From the human T2T-CHM13v2.0 reference genome, Homo sapiens, in NCBI RefSeq assembly GCF_009914755.1, contig NC_060927.1: a stretch of DNA of 64,000 bases; one strand, given 5' to 3'. Position numbers and translations under genes: made by a program. This document shows, in pieces, positions 1 through 16,692 of this stretch. Under the pieces are notes generated by a model. The model did not search any database. It was given only the letters and a program-made list of their open reading frames with translations, and was not told the origin of the DNA. The number at the start of each line of letters is the position of its first letter. The first letter of the stretch is position 1.

Positions 1-1000
1 ATTATATACTGTACTTTTACAATAAAGCAAACTAGAGAAAAGAAAATATTACTAGGAAAATATAAGGAAGAGAAAATACATTTACAGTACTATAATGTAT
101 TTATGTATATCATACATTTATGTGTCTGTTTACAAGTTGAACCACCTGTCTAAAATGGTGAGCAACTGCAGCTGCAGACCTCAACCTATGGTACATATCA
201 AGTAATTCAACTTTTTCTTATAATGTCATAACTTTTCTTGGCTTCTTGAGAGCACTTTCAGCATCGCTAGTGGTACTTCGTATGGGACTCATGGTGTTAT
301 TCAAGGTTTGCACTATTGCACTAAACACAATGCAAGATACATGACAACCATGAGACATCACTTTTTACCTCGATATGCAGTTCACTGGAGAGACAAACTG
401 CTCACACAGAGACGATTCGCTTAACGAGATGTTTTAAGTGGATAGTCATGACACTTGGGCTCACTGCAATAATGACAGGTTATTTCATGCGGCTGTGATT
501 TCATACTGCATCTTTACATTTGTTTACATTTCTCTCCACTGAAAATGGCAAATGGCACCATTTATGTTTGTGTGCTTAAGTTTTGATAAATTTAACTTTT
601 ATAACAGATTTGTGTACATTTCATACTAGTAAATTATAAAATAGACTAATATCTACATATACTTAGGGCATTCTTGGCATACCTGTTTTCTTAATTTTTT
701 TTTAATATTTCCAGGCTACATGGTTCATCTATGAATTTTTTTAAATTTCCTCTGGGTCTTTGAGTCTTCATTTCTGAAATTTCCTGCATCATATAAAACT
801 TTGATTAGATAAATGTGTTATGCTTTTCTCTTGCTAACCTGTCTTTTGTTGTAGGAATATCCACTTTGACCCTTAAGATGGGTGAGGAAATTGATTTTTT
901 GTTGCAAATCTCCAAAAAATCTTCCAATGTATTTATTGAAAAAAAATTACATGTAAGAGGGCCCATACACTTCAAACCTGTGTTATTCAAGAATCAACTG
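1..1000. mobile_element. Tigger2-family (Tigger2b-like) DNA transposon fossil, left part outside window
   Basis: Ends in the Tigger2-type terminal repeat ...aaacctgtgttattcaagaatcaactg followed by TA (1001-1002). The start of the window resembles the Tigger2a copy at 45899-46325. Interrupted by an LTR fragment at 747-890. Confidence 0.75.
747..890 (+). mobile_element. Internal fragment of a MER39-like (ERV1/MER4 group) LTR
   Basis: gtcttcatttctgaa...tgttatgcttttctcttgctaacctgtctttt...gacccttaagatgg aligns to the reverse complement of 7890-8377 (Alu removed) and to ~59970-60100. Confidence 0.75.
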
Positions 1001-1131
1001 TACTTTACATACCACTCTGCTACACAATAATTTATAGAAGCCTTTCTTTCCATTAAGCCAGCTGACAGAATGACCTTTCTCAAGCAATGGATGGCACAAC
1101 TATTACTATTTGCAAAGTGAGTCCTTGAAGA

Positions 1132-2164
1132 GGAGGGCAGCCAAGATGGCCAAATAGGAACAGCTCTGGTCTACAGCTCCCAGTGTGAGTGATGCAGAAG
1201 ACGGGTGATTTCTGCATTTCCATCTGAGGTACCGGGTTCATCTCACTAGGGAGTGGCAGACAGTGGGCGCAGGACGGTGGGTGCAGCGCACGGTACATGA
1301 GCCGAAGCAGGGCGAGGCATTGCCTCCCTTGGGAAGCACAAGGGGTCAGGGAGTTCCCTTTCCTAGTCAAAGAAAGGGGTGATCGGGTCACTGGAAAATC
1401 GGGTCACTCCCACCCTAATACTGTGCTTTTCCGATGGGCTTAAAAAATGGTGCACCAGGAGATTATATCCCACACCTGGCTCAGAGGGTCCTACGCCCAT
1501 GGAGTCTCACTGATTGCTAGAACAGCAGTCTGAGATCGAACTGCAAGGCAGCAGTGAGGCTGGGGGAGGAGCTCCCGCCACTGCCCAGGCTTGATTAGGT
1601 AAACAAAGCAGCTGGGAAGCTCAAACTGGGTGGAGCCCACCACAGCTCAAGGAGGCCTGCCTGCCTCTGTAGGCTCCACCTCTGGGGGCAGGGCACAGAC
1701 AAACAAAAAGACAGCAGTAACCTCTGCAGACTTAAATGTCCCTGTCTGACAGCTTTGAAGAGAGCAGTGGTTCTCCCAGCACACAGCTGGAGATCTGAGA
1801 ATGGGCAGACTGCCTCCTCAAGTGGGTCCCTGACCCCTGACCCTCGAGCAGCCTAACTGGGAGGCACCCCCTAGTAGGGGCAGACTGACATCTCACATGG
1901 CCGGGTACTCCTCTGAGACAAAACTTCCAGAGGAACAATCAGACAGCAGCATTCGCGGTTCACAAAAATCTGCTGTTCTGCAGCCACCGTTGCTGATACC
2001 CAGGCAAACAGGGTCTGGAGTGGACCTCTAGCAAACTCCAACAGACCTGCAGTTGAGGGTCCTGTCTGTTAGAAGGAAAACTAACAAACAGAAAGGACAT
2101 CCACACCAAAAACCCATCTGTACATCACCATCATCAAAGACAAAAAGTAGATAAAACCACAAAG
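1132..2164 (+). promoter_or_regulatory. L1 5'UTR with sense promoter and antisense promoter
   Basis: Intact YY1 motif and L1PA 5'UTR sequence. Many CpGs have decayed to TpG/CpA. Contains the ~129-bp segment (~1911-2038) absent from L1HS/L1PA2. Confidence 0.8.
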
Positions 2165-3182
2165 ATGGGGGAAAAAACAGAGCAGAAAAACTGGAAACTC
2201 TAAAAAGCAGAGCACCTCTCCTCCTCCAAAGGAACACAGTTCCTCACCAGCAACGGAACAAAGCTGGACGGAGAATGACTTTGACGAGTTGAGAGAAGAA
2301 GGCTTCAGAGGATCAAACTACTCCGAGCTACAGGAGGAAATTCAAACCAAAGGCAAAGAAGTTAAAAACTTTGAAAAAAATTTAGATGAATGTATAACTA
2401 GAATAACCAATACAGAGAAGTGCTTAAAGGAGCTGATGGAGCTGAAAGCCAAGGCTCAAGAATGACGTGAAGAATGCAGAAGCCTCAGGAGCTGATGCAA
2501 TCAACTGGAAGAAAGGGTATCAGTGATGGAAGATGAAATGAATGAAATGAAGCGAGAAGGGAAGTTTAGAGAAAAAAGAATAAAAAGAAACGAACAAAGC
2601 CTCCAAGAAATATGGGACTATGTGAAAAGACCAAATCTACGTCTGATTGGTGTACCTGAAAGTGACAGGGAGAATGGAAACAAGTTGGAAAACACTCTGC
2701 AGGATATTATCCAGGAGAACTTCCCCAATCTAGCAAGGCAGGCCAACGTTCAGATTCAGGAAATACAGAGAACGCCGCAAAGATACTCCTCGAGAACAGC
2801 AACTCCAAGACACATAATTGTCAGATTCACCAAAGTTGAAATGAAGGAAAAAATGTTAAGGGCAGCCAGAGAGAAAGGTCGGGTTAACCACAAAGGGAAG
2901 CCCATCAGACTAACAGCAGATCTCTCGACAGAAACTCTACAAGCCAGAAGAGAGTGGGGGCCAGTATTCAACATTCTTAAAGAAAAGAATTTTCAACCCA
3001 GAATTTCATATCCAGCCAAGCTAAGCTTCATAAGTGAAGGAGAAATAAAATACTTTACAGACAAGCAAATGCTGAGAGATTTTGTCACCACCAGGCCTGC
3101 CCTAAAAGAGCTCCTGAAGGAAGCACTAAACATGGAAAGGAACAACCGGTACCAGCTGCTGCAAAATCATGCCAAAATGTAA
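2165..3182 (+). pseudogene. L1 ORF1p (coiled-coil/RRM/CTD RNA-binding protein), disrupted
   Basis: ATG at 2165 is followed by an extra G (frameshift). In-frame TGA at 2463 and 2493. The C-terminal 219 aa are open (RPNLRLIGVPE, YPAKLS motifs). Confidence 0.95.
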
Positions 3183-3245
3183 AGACTATCGAGACTAGGA
3201 AGAAACCGCATCAACTAATGAGCAAAATAACCAGCTAACATCATA

Positions 3246-7065
<3,820 letters not shown>

Positions 7066-7867
7066 ACAATGAGAACACATGGACACAGGAAGGGGAACAT
7101 CACACTCTGGGGACTGTTGTGGGGTGGGGGTTGGGGGGAGGGATAGCATTAGGAGATATACCTAATGCTAAATGACGAGTTAATGGGTGCAGCACACCAG
7201 CATGGCACATGTATACATATGTAACTAACCTGCACATTGTGCACATGTACCCTAAAACTTAAAGTATAATAATAATAAAATTTAAAAAAAAAGTGAGCCC
7301 TTGAAGAGTTCACAATTAGTTAAATCCCCTTTGGTAAAAAAATTCACTTGTTCCTAAAATATGATTTGCAAAACAACAAAATCCCCACCTAGTTGTAGGC
7401 AGAGGATATTGCATTCAGAGCAGTATCTACATGAGTACCTAATCTAGGCAAAAGGCCTCAAATACAGGATCTGGCTCAGCCCCTAGGTAAGGCTCTTTAG
7501 CAGACATTTATAGTATGATCACAGTGTTTACTAATTCTATAAGAAACCATTAAAACCTCATCTCTGTTAAAAGTCTGAAGAGACTTCTAGATTGTTTCAT
7601 AATCTTAGCCAAATATTTTTAATTACTTCTTTTTACTGTGCTTGTAATTTTTCTATTTGATAAACAATTTAAGTACTTTTATCTATATTATCATGCACTA
7701 TTTTACATTATAAATTTTAAGTATTTAAAGAAGTTTTATAAGTTTTTAAATTCACTTTTATAAAGTTTGGTACTTTTATTAGAAACGTTTATAAAAGACT
7801 TTGAAATGGGCACAGAGATTACTTGGTGTCTATTGGTTTTCTCTTAACTACCATGAGAAATTACCAC

Positions 7868-8734
7868 TGTAGCGGCGGGAAGATGTGATACTTTTCCTCA
7901 TCCATCATAAGGGTCAAGGTGGATACTCCTATAAAAAAAGACAGGTTAGCAAAAGAAAAGCATAACACATTACTTAACCAAAGTTTAATATGATACAGGA
8001 GCCTTCAGAAATGAAGACCTAAGGGCCAAGTACAGTGGCTCATGCCTGTAATCCCAACACTTTGGGAGGCCAAGGCAAGCAGATTGCCTGAGGACAGGAG
8101 TTCGAGACCAGCCTGGCTAACATGGTGAAACCCTGTCTCTACTAAAATTACAAAAATTAGCCAGGCATGCTGGTGCATGCCTGTAATTCCAGCTATGTTG
8201 GGAGGCTGAGGTATGAGAATTGCTTGAACCTATGAGGCAGAGGTTGCAGTGAGCCAAGATCACGCCACTGCACTCCAGCCTGGGCAACAAAGTAAGGCTC
8301 TGTCTCAAAAAAAAAAAAAAAAAGTAAAGAAAAGAAAAGAGAAAGAAAAAGAATGAAGAGCCAAAGACCCAGAGGAAACTGTCTATTTTTATGCTTAGGT
8401 TTGATGAAGAATGGACAGCTGTGTAGAAATGTGACTGGACAAAAGGGTGTGATCTAATGGTAATAGACTGAGGGGGAAACCCGGCAAGACCTGTCTGCTC
8501 AGATTCTTCTTGGCTTCTCTCTATAACATTCCTTTCTCCCAGGTATGGGGCAGGACCTCTCTGGAATGAGCATCTTATGAAATATTTTCAGGCAAGTTAG
8601 GTCAGAGAATTTCTTTTTTGATCAGTTCTCAAGCAGAAAAGTAGGTGAAGGTCACAATGACCTTCTTGCTTCTGAGGTCCTCCCAAGCTCTTTCATTTCT
8701 GAATATTTGGGGTAGTGTCTTCTGAGCCCCAACA
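7868..8734 (-). mobile_element. MER39-like solo LTR containing an Alu
   Basis: TG...CA ends (tgtagcgg...gagccccaaca) and 4-bp TSD ccac/ccat. Reverse complement begins tgttggggctcagaagacactacccc. Confidence 0.75.
8024..8350 (+). mobile_element. AluS
   Basis: Dimeric Alu with A/GA-rich tail. Degenerate TSD gaaatgaagacctaag / gaatgaagagccaaag. Confidence 0.95.
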
Positions 8735-9307
8735 CCATAAACCTAGTAGATCAAAACAACACAAATTTATTATTTTATACCTTTGGAGGTGAGAAGTCTG
8801 AAATGGGTCTCGCTAAGCTAAAATCAAGGTGTTGGTAGAGCCTCTTTTCTTCCGAAGGCTGTAGAGGAAAATCCATTTTCTTGTCTCTCCAGCTTCTAGA
8901 GGTCAGTGCATTCCTTGGCTTGTGGCCTCTTCTTCTGTCTTCAAAGCCAGCAGTGTGGTATCTTCAAGTCTCTCTCTGACTATGACCTCTCCCTCTGCTC
9001 CCCTTTTCTATTTTAAAGGACACTTGTGGTTACACTGAGTCCATCTGGATAAACCAGGAGAGTTTCCTTATTTTAAAGTCATTAGATTAGCACTGAATTT
9101 CATCTACAACCTTCATTCCTCTTTTCCTTGTAACATAACATATTAATAGGTTTTGGGAATTAGGACATAGACATCTTGGGGTAGGGGGCTGGAGGGGTAC
9201 TATTCTGCCTACCACAGTGTGCGTTCACTGGAATGCTCATTGTTATCTAATGGACAACCTGGGAGTTATCTGATTCTATAGAAACATTCTCCTTGCTTTG
9301 ACAAGGC

Positions 9308-9436
9308 TGTTTACTATTTCCCAGGCCCTGGGCTGTGCATCTCACTTAATATCTAAACTAGTGATATCCCCATCTTACTAAAGAAGAAGGTGAGCCTTAG
9401 AACCAGTGAGTCACTTGTTCAAAGTCACATGGCACA
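9308..9436. repeat. Local copy of the MIR fragment at 11260-11398
   Basis: About 90% identity by eye, with a few short indels. Confidence 0.85.
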
Positions 9437-9449
9437 TCTCTTTCTATGG

Positions 9450-9578
9450 ATCTTAGCCTCACTTGCTGGGGCACCTATAACAAGATATAGATTAACAAGA
9501 GAAAAGCATACCAATGTATTTATATATTCCATATGCAAAGGTGCCATATTTTGGGGTAGCATGTCCTGATTCCCATCA
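9450..9578 (-). mobile_element. Heavily internally deleted ERV1 (MER4/MER34 group) LTR remnant
   Basis: ctataacaagatatagattaacaagagaaaagcatac is joined directly to ggtgccatattttggggtagcatgtcctgattcccatca (LTR 5' end on the minus strand). Confidence 0.55.
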
Positions 9579-9677
9579 CTGTTTTATCATTTTATTAGAT
9601 GGAGAAACTGAGGGTGATGCAAATAATTCTTCTCTGTAGAAATACAAATGCATTTTGTCTAACTGGTATGTAATTGA

Positions 9678-10007
<330 letters not shown>

Positions 10008-10453
10008 TAAACATTAAATAGTTCTGCATCAATTGGTAAATTTGTTTCTGTATTGCTGAGTGCCTATATGTGTCTATTCTTCAGATTCTCTTTGAATCAG
10101 TTTTAACATCTTACTGATTCCTTCATTAATTAATGTATTAAATAAAATATTTGATATGTATTCATTTTACATTCAGATGAGAGTGATTATTTTATTTTTT
10201 AAAAATTAAATTTTGACACCCTTGAAATTACCCAATAGCCAAGAATTATCTACCTGAATTATATACAGAAGTTGATACTCTCTAAAACAGTATTTCCCCA
10301 GGTACACTCTATCTAACCCAAATTCTGTGGGTGTTAATAAATATTCCCTGAAAGAAGGGTTTCATTTTTAAATAATTTGGGGAAATTTTTTATTCAAAGA
10401 ACCTCTTGCAGCACTAGTATTTTATGTACAACATTTTAGAAAATTTTATTCTA

Positions 10454-10780
<327 letters not shown>

Positions 10781-11219
10781 CTAGATTCTTGGATCATTGT
10801 AAACTAATCACAAACCATTAGCCAAGACCCACATACAATTATTGTGCTCATGTCAAAAAAAATCATTCTATTTCTTTGCCTTAGTTTTCCCACCTTCAAA
10901 ATGCTCTTGGCTGTCTGGCTGTCTGTAACTTAAGCCTGCTTGCAACCAGTAAGGTTTTAGGTGTATAGGTGTGTCTCAGAACCAAGAGTATCTCTGATTT
11001 TTGTTTGATTTGATTTTTCTAGATATTCAAGAGATTGAGATAGGATCTAGAATATCAAATTATTGATTTATAATGGATCATCAGTGGCCCAAAAGCTCAT
11101 GTTCGTCTTTCAAGATTCCACCTTCCTGGTAATAGTGGGCCTGGTGGCTGGTAGTCAAATGACTCTTTGGTGACTGTGAATCAGAGTAAAGTGAGGTATG
11201 CACTCTCTCAGATCAAGTA

Positions 11220-11430
11220 ATAATAACAAAGTATGATAATAATCACTAACACTATTAGATGTTTACTATTTGCCAGGTCCTGGGCTGAACACGGTGCATA
11301 AACTCATTTAATATCTAAACTAGTGATATTTCCATCTTACTAAAGAAGAAGCTGAGCCTTCTAGCCAGTGAGTCACTTGTTGAAAGTCACATGGCACAGG
11401 TTGAGCTGTGATTGAGGCCCACACAGTAGT
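11220..11430 (-). mobile_element. MIR
   Basis: gtttactatttgccagg...ctcatttaat...catcttactaaagaagaagctgag...cacttgttgaaagtcacat, a MIR core reverse complement. Confidence 0.65.
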
Positions 11431-11445
11431 GAGCATTATAATACC

Positions 11446-12083
<638 letters not shown>

Positions 12084-12625
12084 GCACTGTTCACTAGGTT
12101 TAGTATCTCTCCCTTCCCGGGGTAGTGCCGACAATACTGCTGATTCTTACTCTTACTTTAGGTTTGATGAGCCAAGCTTCCAGCTCCAGGTTTTCTTGAG
12201 TCAGGGTAAAATACATTTGGCCTCTAGGGGGAGCTCCAGGCCTCCAGTTTCACTCCACTTCACCACTTCCCCAGACCCCAATCTACACCCTGGAAAGCAA
12301 AGCGCTCCAACCCCAAAGAGGAGCTGTACAACTGGACATGTCAAGAAGTACTTACATTGAGCCACCATACAAAGGCTGTGGTCTCTTTTTCCCAGCATTT
12401 TCTTCTCTGGGAGTGTGTCTTCCCTCTGCACACGTGGTACAGTAGATGACCAGGAGCTGCTCCTGGCCGTGGCTCATCCCTCCCTGAGAGAGCAATGGGA
12501 TGGGCAACGTCTACAGAACAGTGTCCCACAGCGCTTAAGAATATGCAGGCCGGTCCTCCCTTTCCTTGGCAGGCTTTCCTACCGCCCTTCCTTGCCATCA
12601 GTGTGGTACAATAGAAAAGTTAGAA

Positions 12626-13021
<396 letters not shown>

Positions 13022-13111
13022 TCACCGAAGCCAATGAACATTTTCTGGTTTTCTGCTAAATGTCTGTTTTCTCACATGAGAAAAGTAGCCGTAGAGAGAC
13101 TGTTCCCTAGA

Positions 13112-13274
13112 TTCCCGGAAAAACACCGTTCCATTCCCATTTAGAAACAACTTATAAATACAGTTGTCTATGTGTGGGCTTTGTTTTGGTTGCATTTCAA
13201 ACCTGCTTTCTCTCATTTACACCTTCAATTAAGTGCTTTTATACTTTCTCAGGTTCCCAGTTACGGGAATTCTC
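13112..13274. promoter_or_regulatory. Candidate STAT (GAS)/NF-kB motif cluster
   Basis: TTCCCGGAA (13112-13120), TTACGGGAA (13261-13269) and overlapping GGGAATTCTC (13265-13274). Motif match only. Confidence 0.35.
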
Positions 13275-13665
13275 TTGGTTGTGTCTAGAGCTGGCTCATT
13301 GCATTCATTATGTGTTATATTTCACCATTTTAGCTTTCAGAGATAACTGTGTACCCAGGGTTGGTATTCAAAACTCTGAGCAACTGAAAAGCCACAGGCA
13401 CCAACCAATCAGAACAGATGCTAGCTATAAGCAACCAACGCAGCTGTGCCGTGCCATGCACACAGATGGAGCCTCAGCCTGGCTGATGTGATCTATGTAA
13501 GAATCTGGTCTATGATTCCATTCTAGCTTCTATTCCTACTTTGTACTTGGCCTACTTGTGAAATATGTCTTCATGTAACATTGAGGAAGGGCAGTAAAAA
13601 AAAATTTCTATTGCCATAAAAAACACATAATTAATGCTGCAGTGGCAAACAAAAACCAATGCTAG

Positions 13666-14332
13666 TGTAACCACCCAAGGGGTTCACCTTGCCCGGTGCC
13701 TAGACAGAGCCGATTCATCAAGACAGGGGAATTGCAATAGAGAAAGAGTAATTTATAGAGCCGGCTGTGCAGGAGACTGGAGTTTTATTATTATTCACAT
13801 CAAACTCCCTGAGCATTCAGGGAGCAGAGTTTTTAAGGATAACTTGGTTGGGTGGGGGGAAGCCAGTGAGCCAGGAGTGCTGGTTGACAGGGATGAAATC
13901 ACAGGGAGTCGAAGCTGTCTCCTTGTGCTGAGTCAGTTCTTGGGTGGGTGCCACAAGATCAGATGAGCCGGTTTATTGATTTGGGTGGTGCCAGCTGATC
14001 CATCAAGTGCAGGGTCTGCAAAGTATCTCAAGCACTGATCTTAGGAGCAGTTTAGGGAGTCAGATTCTTATAGCCTCCAGCTGCATGACTCCTAAACCGT
14101 AATTTCTAACCTTCTGGCTAATATTGGTCTAGTCCCCAGGCAAGAAGGAGGTCTGCTTTGGGAAAGGGCTGTTACCATCTTTTTTTTTAAACTATAAACT
14201 AAATTTCTCTCAAAGTTAGTTCGTCCTACGCCCAGGAATGAAAAAGACAGCATGGAGGTTAGAAGCAAGATGGAGTCAGTTAAGTTAGATCTCTTTCGCT
14301 GTCTCAGTCATAATTTTGCAAAGGTAGTTTCA
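13666..14332 (-). mobile_element. LTR8 solo LTR (ERV1, HUERS-P1)
   Basis: Reverse complement starts tgaaactacctttgcaaaattatgactgagacagcgaaagagatctaac and ends ...ggttaca. Homologous to 46790-47429. Confidence 0.85.
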
Positions 14333-16433
14333 ATCGTGCTGATTATTCTCACTGCCTACTTAAGTGTAGTATGAAAGGAACTATTCCTGGTAGAAGCTGA
14401 TATCTCTATCTGAAAGGCAGGATGTGGCCTCTAAGAACCCGCTCTTACTTCTAAAAGGACAGGTCCTAAGAGACTGCATCAAGCCTTCAGCTCACAAAGA
14501 ATTGCTGCTGGTACCATTCAAATTATTCATTCTAGAAAGCCCAAAAAAATATTTCTTAAACCTGCTAACTATAACCTTCCGTAATAGCAGCATAGACTAC
14601 CAGAAGCCAAAAATATACATTTCATGTAAACAGCTTTGAGCTTTGTGAAGTGTTAAATACTGAACTGGTCATCGTACATGACTCAAAGTATCTAACTCAG
14701 GGGTGTTTTCTGCACACATTAGTCAATGCCATCTCCTGACAAAATATGACATGCCATTTGCGGCTCTACTAGGCATTCTAAATATCAGGAAAAAAGAAGA
14801 GAACTAAGGTATGAGATTGTTACACGCGGTTGTGAGTAACAGCAAGGGAAAAGCAATAGAACAGAGGTCTCTGGGCAGAAAGTTCCTACCAGAGAAATTC
14901 TGCTGGTTTGTTCTAATACCCAGGCACTGAGTTAGCTTCCAATGCAAAAGCACAAAATATTAGAAGGAATATTAATATAACCTCTCACTCTATAGAGGAG
15001 AAAGCAAAATCCTTCAACTACCTCTCAATTTTAGTTGAAGCATTTAGAGGAGTTTTCTGATGGATATACATAAAACCTGCTTTACACAAATTGGTTTTAT
15101 GGTGTCCTTGGTTGGAGCATCTCTATTACATAAATCATGAAATGACTGCTTTTGGACAAAATTTCCCCTTTATATTTCTCTAGACTAGGGAACCTGATAT
15201 AGAGTGTGAAGAACCTTTTTTCTTCTCCCATTCTCTTTTTTTGGGGGCTGATTTTTGGTTCATATTTGTAGGTTCAAGGACAACTCTGTAAAGAATTTTG
15301 AAAATTCAAACTTCAACCAATTTGAGGATATCCTAACCCAGTAGTGTTGAAAGTGTGTTCACAGACTACTGACAACTGTTTCTTATCAGTTCATGACAAG
15401 ATTCATACCGAAATTGAGAATTGCATTTAGAATGCAATAATTTTAAATCCCTTAAAGCTAATGACAAAAAAAGAGGTGTTTATATTTTGTGTATTCATCC
15501 ATGAGGAACTGGGAATTTAAAAGAACTAGCTGGTTTTTAATCCCAGATATTTTGAGAAGCATTGTTCTAACTTGTGGTCTTTTCAATTGCCCATGCCTTG
15601 CTTTTGATCCATAGTTGTATAATGATTGATTCTGACCTTCTGATTAGCAAAGCCCAGGGTAGAAAAATCAAGCACAAAGTCCAGTAAAAATAATTCATCA
15701 CCTGGTACCAGTATAATATGGCTTGATTTTTGCCTTGAAAAGCACTATCACATATTAGCTCTTTTAAAGTTTTGCAACCATATGAGATAGGAAAGATATT
15801 ACATGTATTTTATATGTGATTCAGCTGAGCTCAGAGAGAGTGTGCCCTGTCTGAGCTCCCACAGCTAAGCTGACAAACTGGAGAGGGTTAGGAAAGAGTT
15901 GAAAGGCTATTCACTGGATGACTGACCATGAAAAAATTGCTTAATTTCTCTGAGGTTTACTTTCCTTATTTGAAGCAAGCAGATAATAATAATTACCTGG
16001 CAGGTTGGATGCTTGATGAAAGGAACAAATGAGAAAATATGGTAAACATTTAAAAAATTGTTATTTGTCCTTATTAAGATCTGTTCACTTGCATTACAGG
16101 TAGAACAATAGTATCTCACAAAAGTAGGATAGTTTTCCCAGGGCCTGGAACACATACAAAAAAAGTGTCAGTAAATAGTAGCAGAATGAATGTCTAAATG
16201 AATGAGCATGGCTTTTTGTCTGTACTAAATTCTTTCTAATGTGCACAGAACTTGATTAAAAGGAATGTAATCTTGCAAATTCTATTCTCTACTGGTATAT
16301 TACTTAGGATTTCATGGATTGTATTCAACTATATACACATTTTTGGATAGTTGACCCAGAGATTTTCAAACTCATTTTAATTAACGAACTCGTTTCTCCA
16401 AAGTTTTATGTACAGTTTCGTAGTTTAAAAACA

Positions 16434-16692
16434 AATATATATATATACACACACACAGAGTATATACACATATATGCTATAGATGTGTGTATATACTATG
16501 TGAGGCATAGTATATATACAACCTCATAGTATATATGTATATATACCATGTATACATATAGATATATACATACACATATATGTATATATACACATATATA
16601 TAATACATATTATTTATAGTATATACAAGGGATTATTTTTATTGGAGTTTGTGTCTGATTTTATACTTGATATTGTATCTGTGTGTGTGTGT
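16434..16692. repeat. Degenerate (TA)n/(CA)n/(TG)n low-complexity microsatellite
   Basis: Visible alternating purine-pyrimidine runs. Confidence 0.85.

Larger units (their letters stand above)
7827..9216 (-). mobile_element. MLT1C-like MaLR LTR, split by a MER39-like LTR
   Basis: ...aaattaccac[insert]...aaaacaacacaaatttatt...gaagtctgaaatgggtctc...tattctgcctaccaca, typical of a MLT1 reverse complement. Confidence 0.75.

Noticed and set aside
7109-7142. G-quadruplex-forming G tract
   Set aside because: Standard feature of every L1PA 3'UTR.
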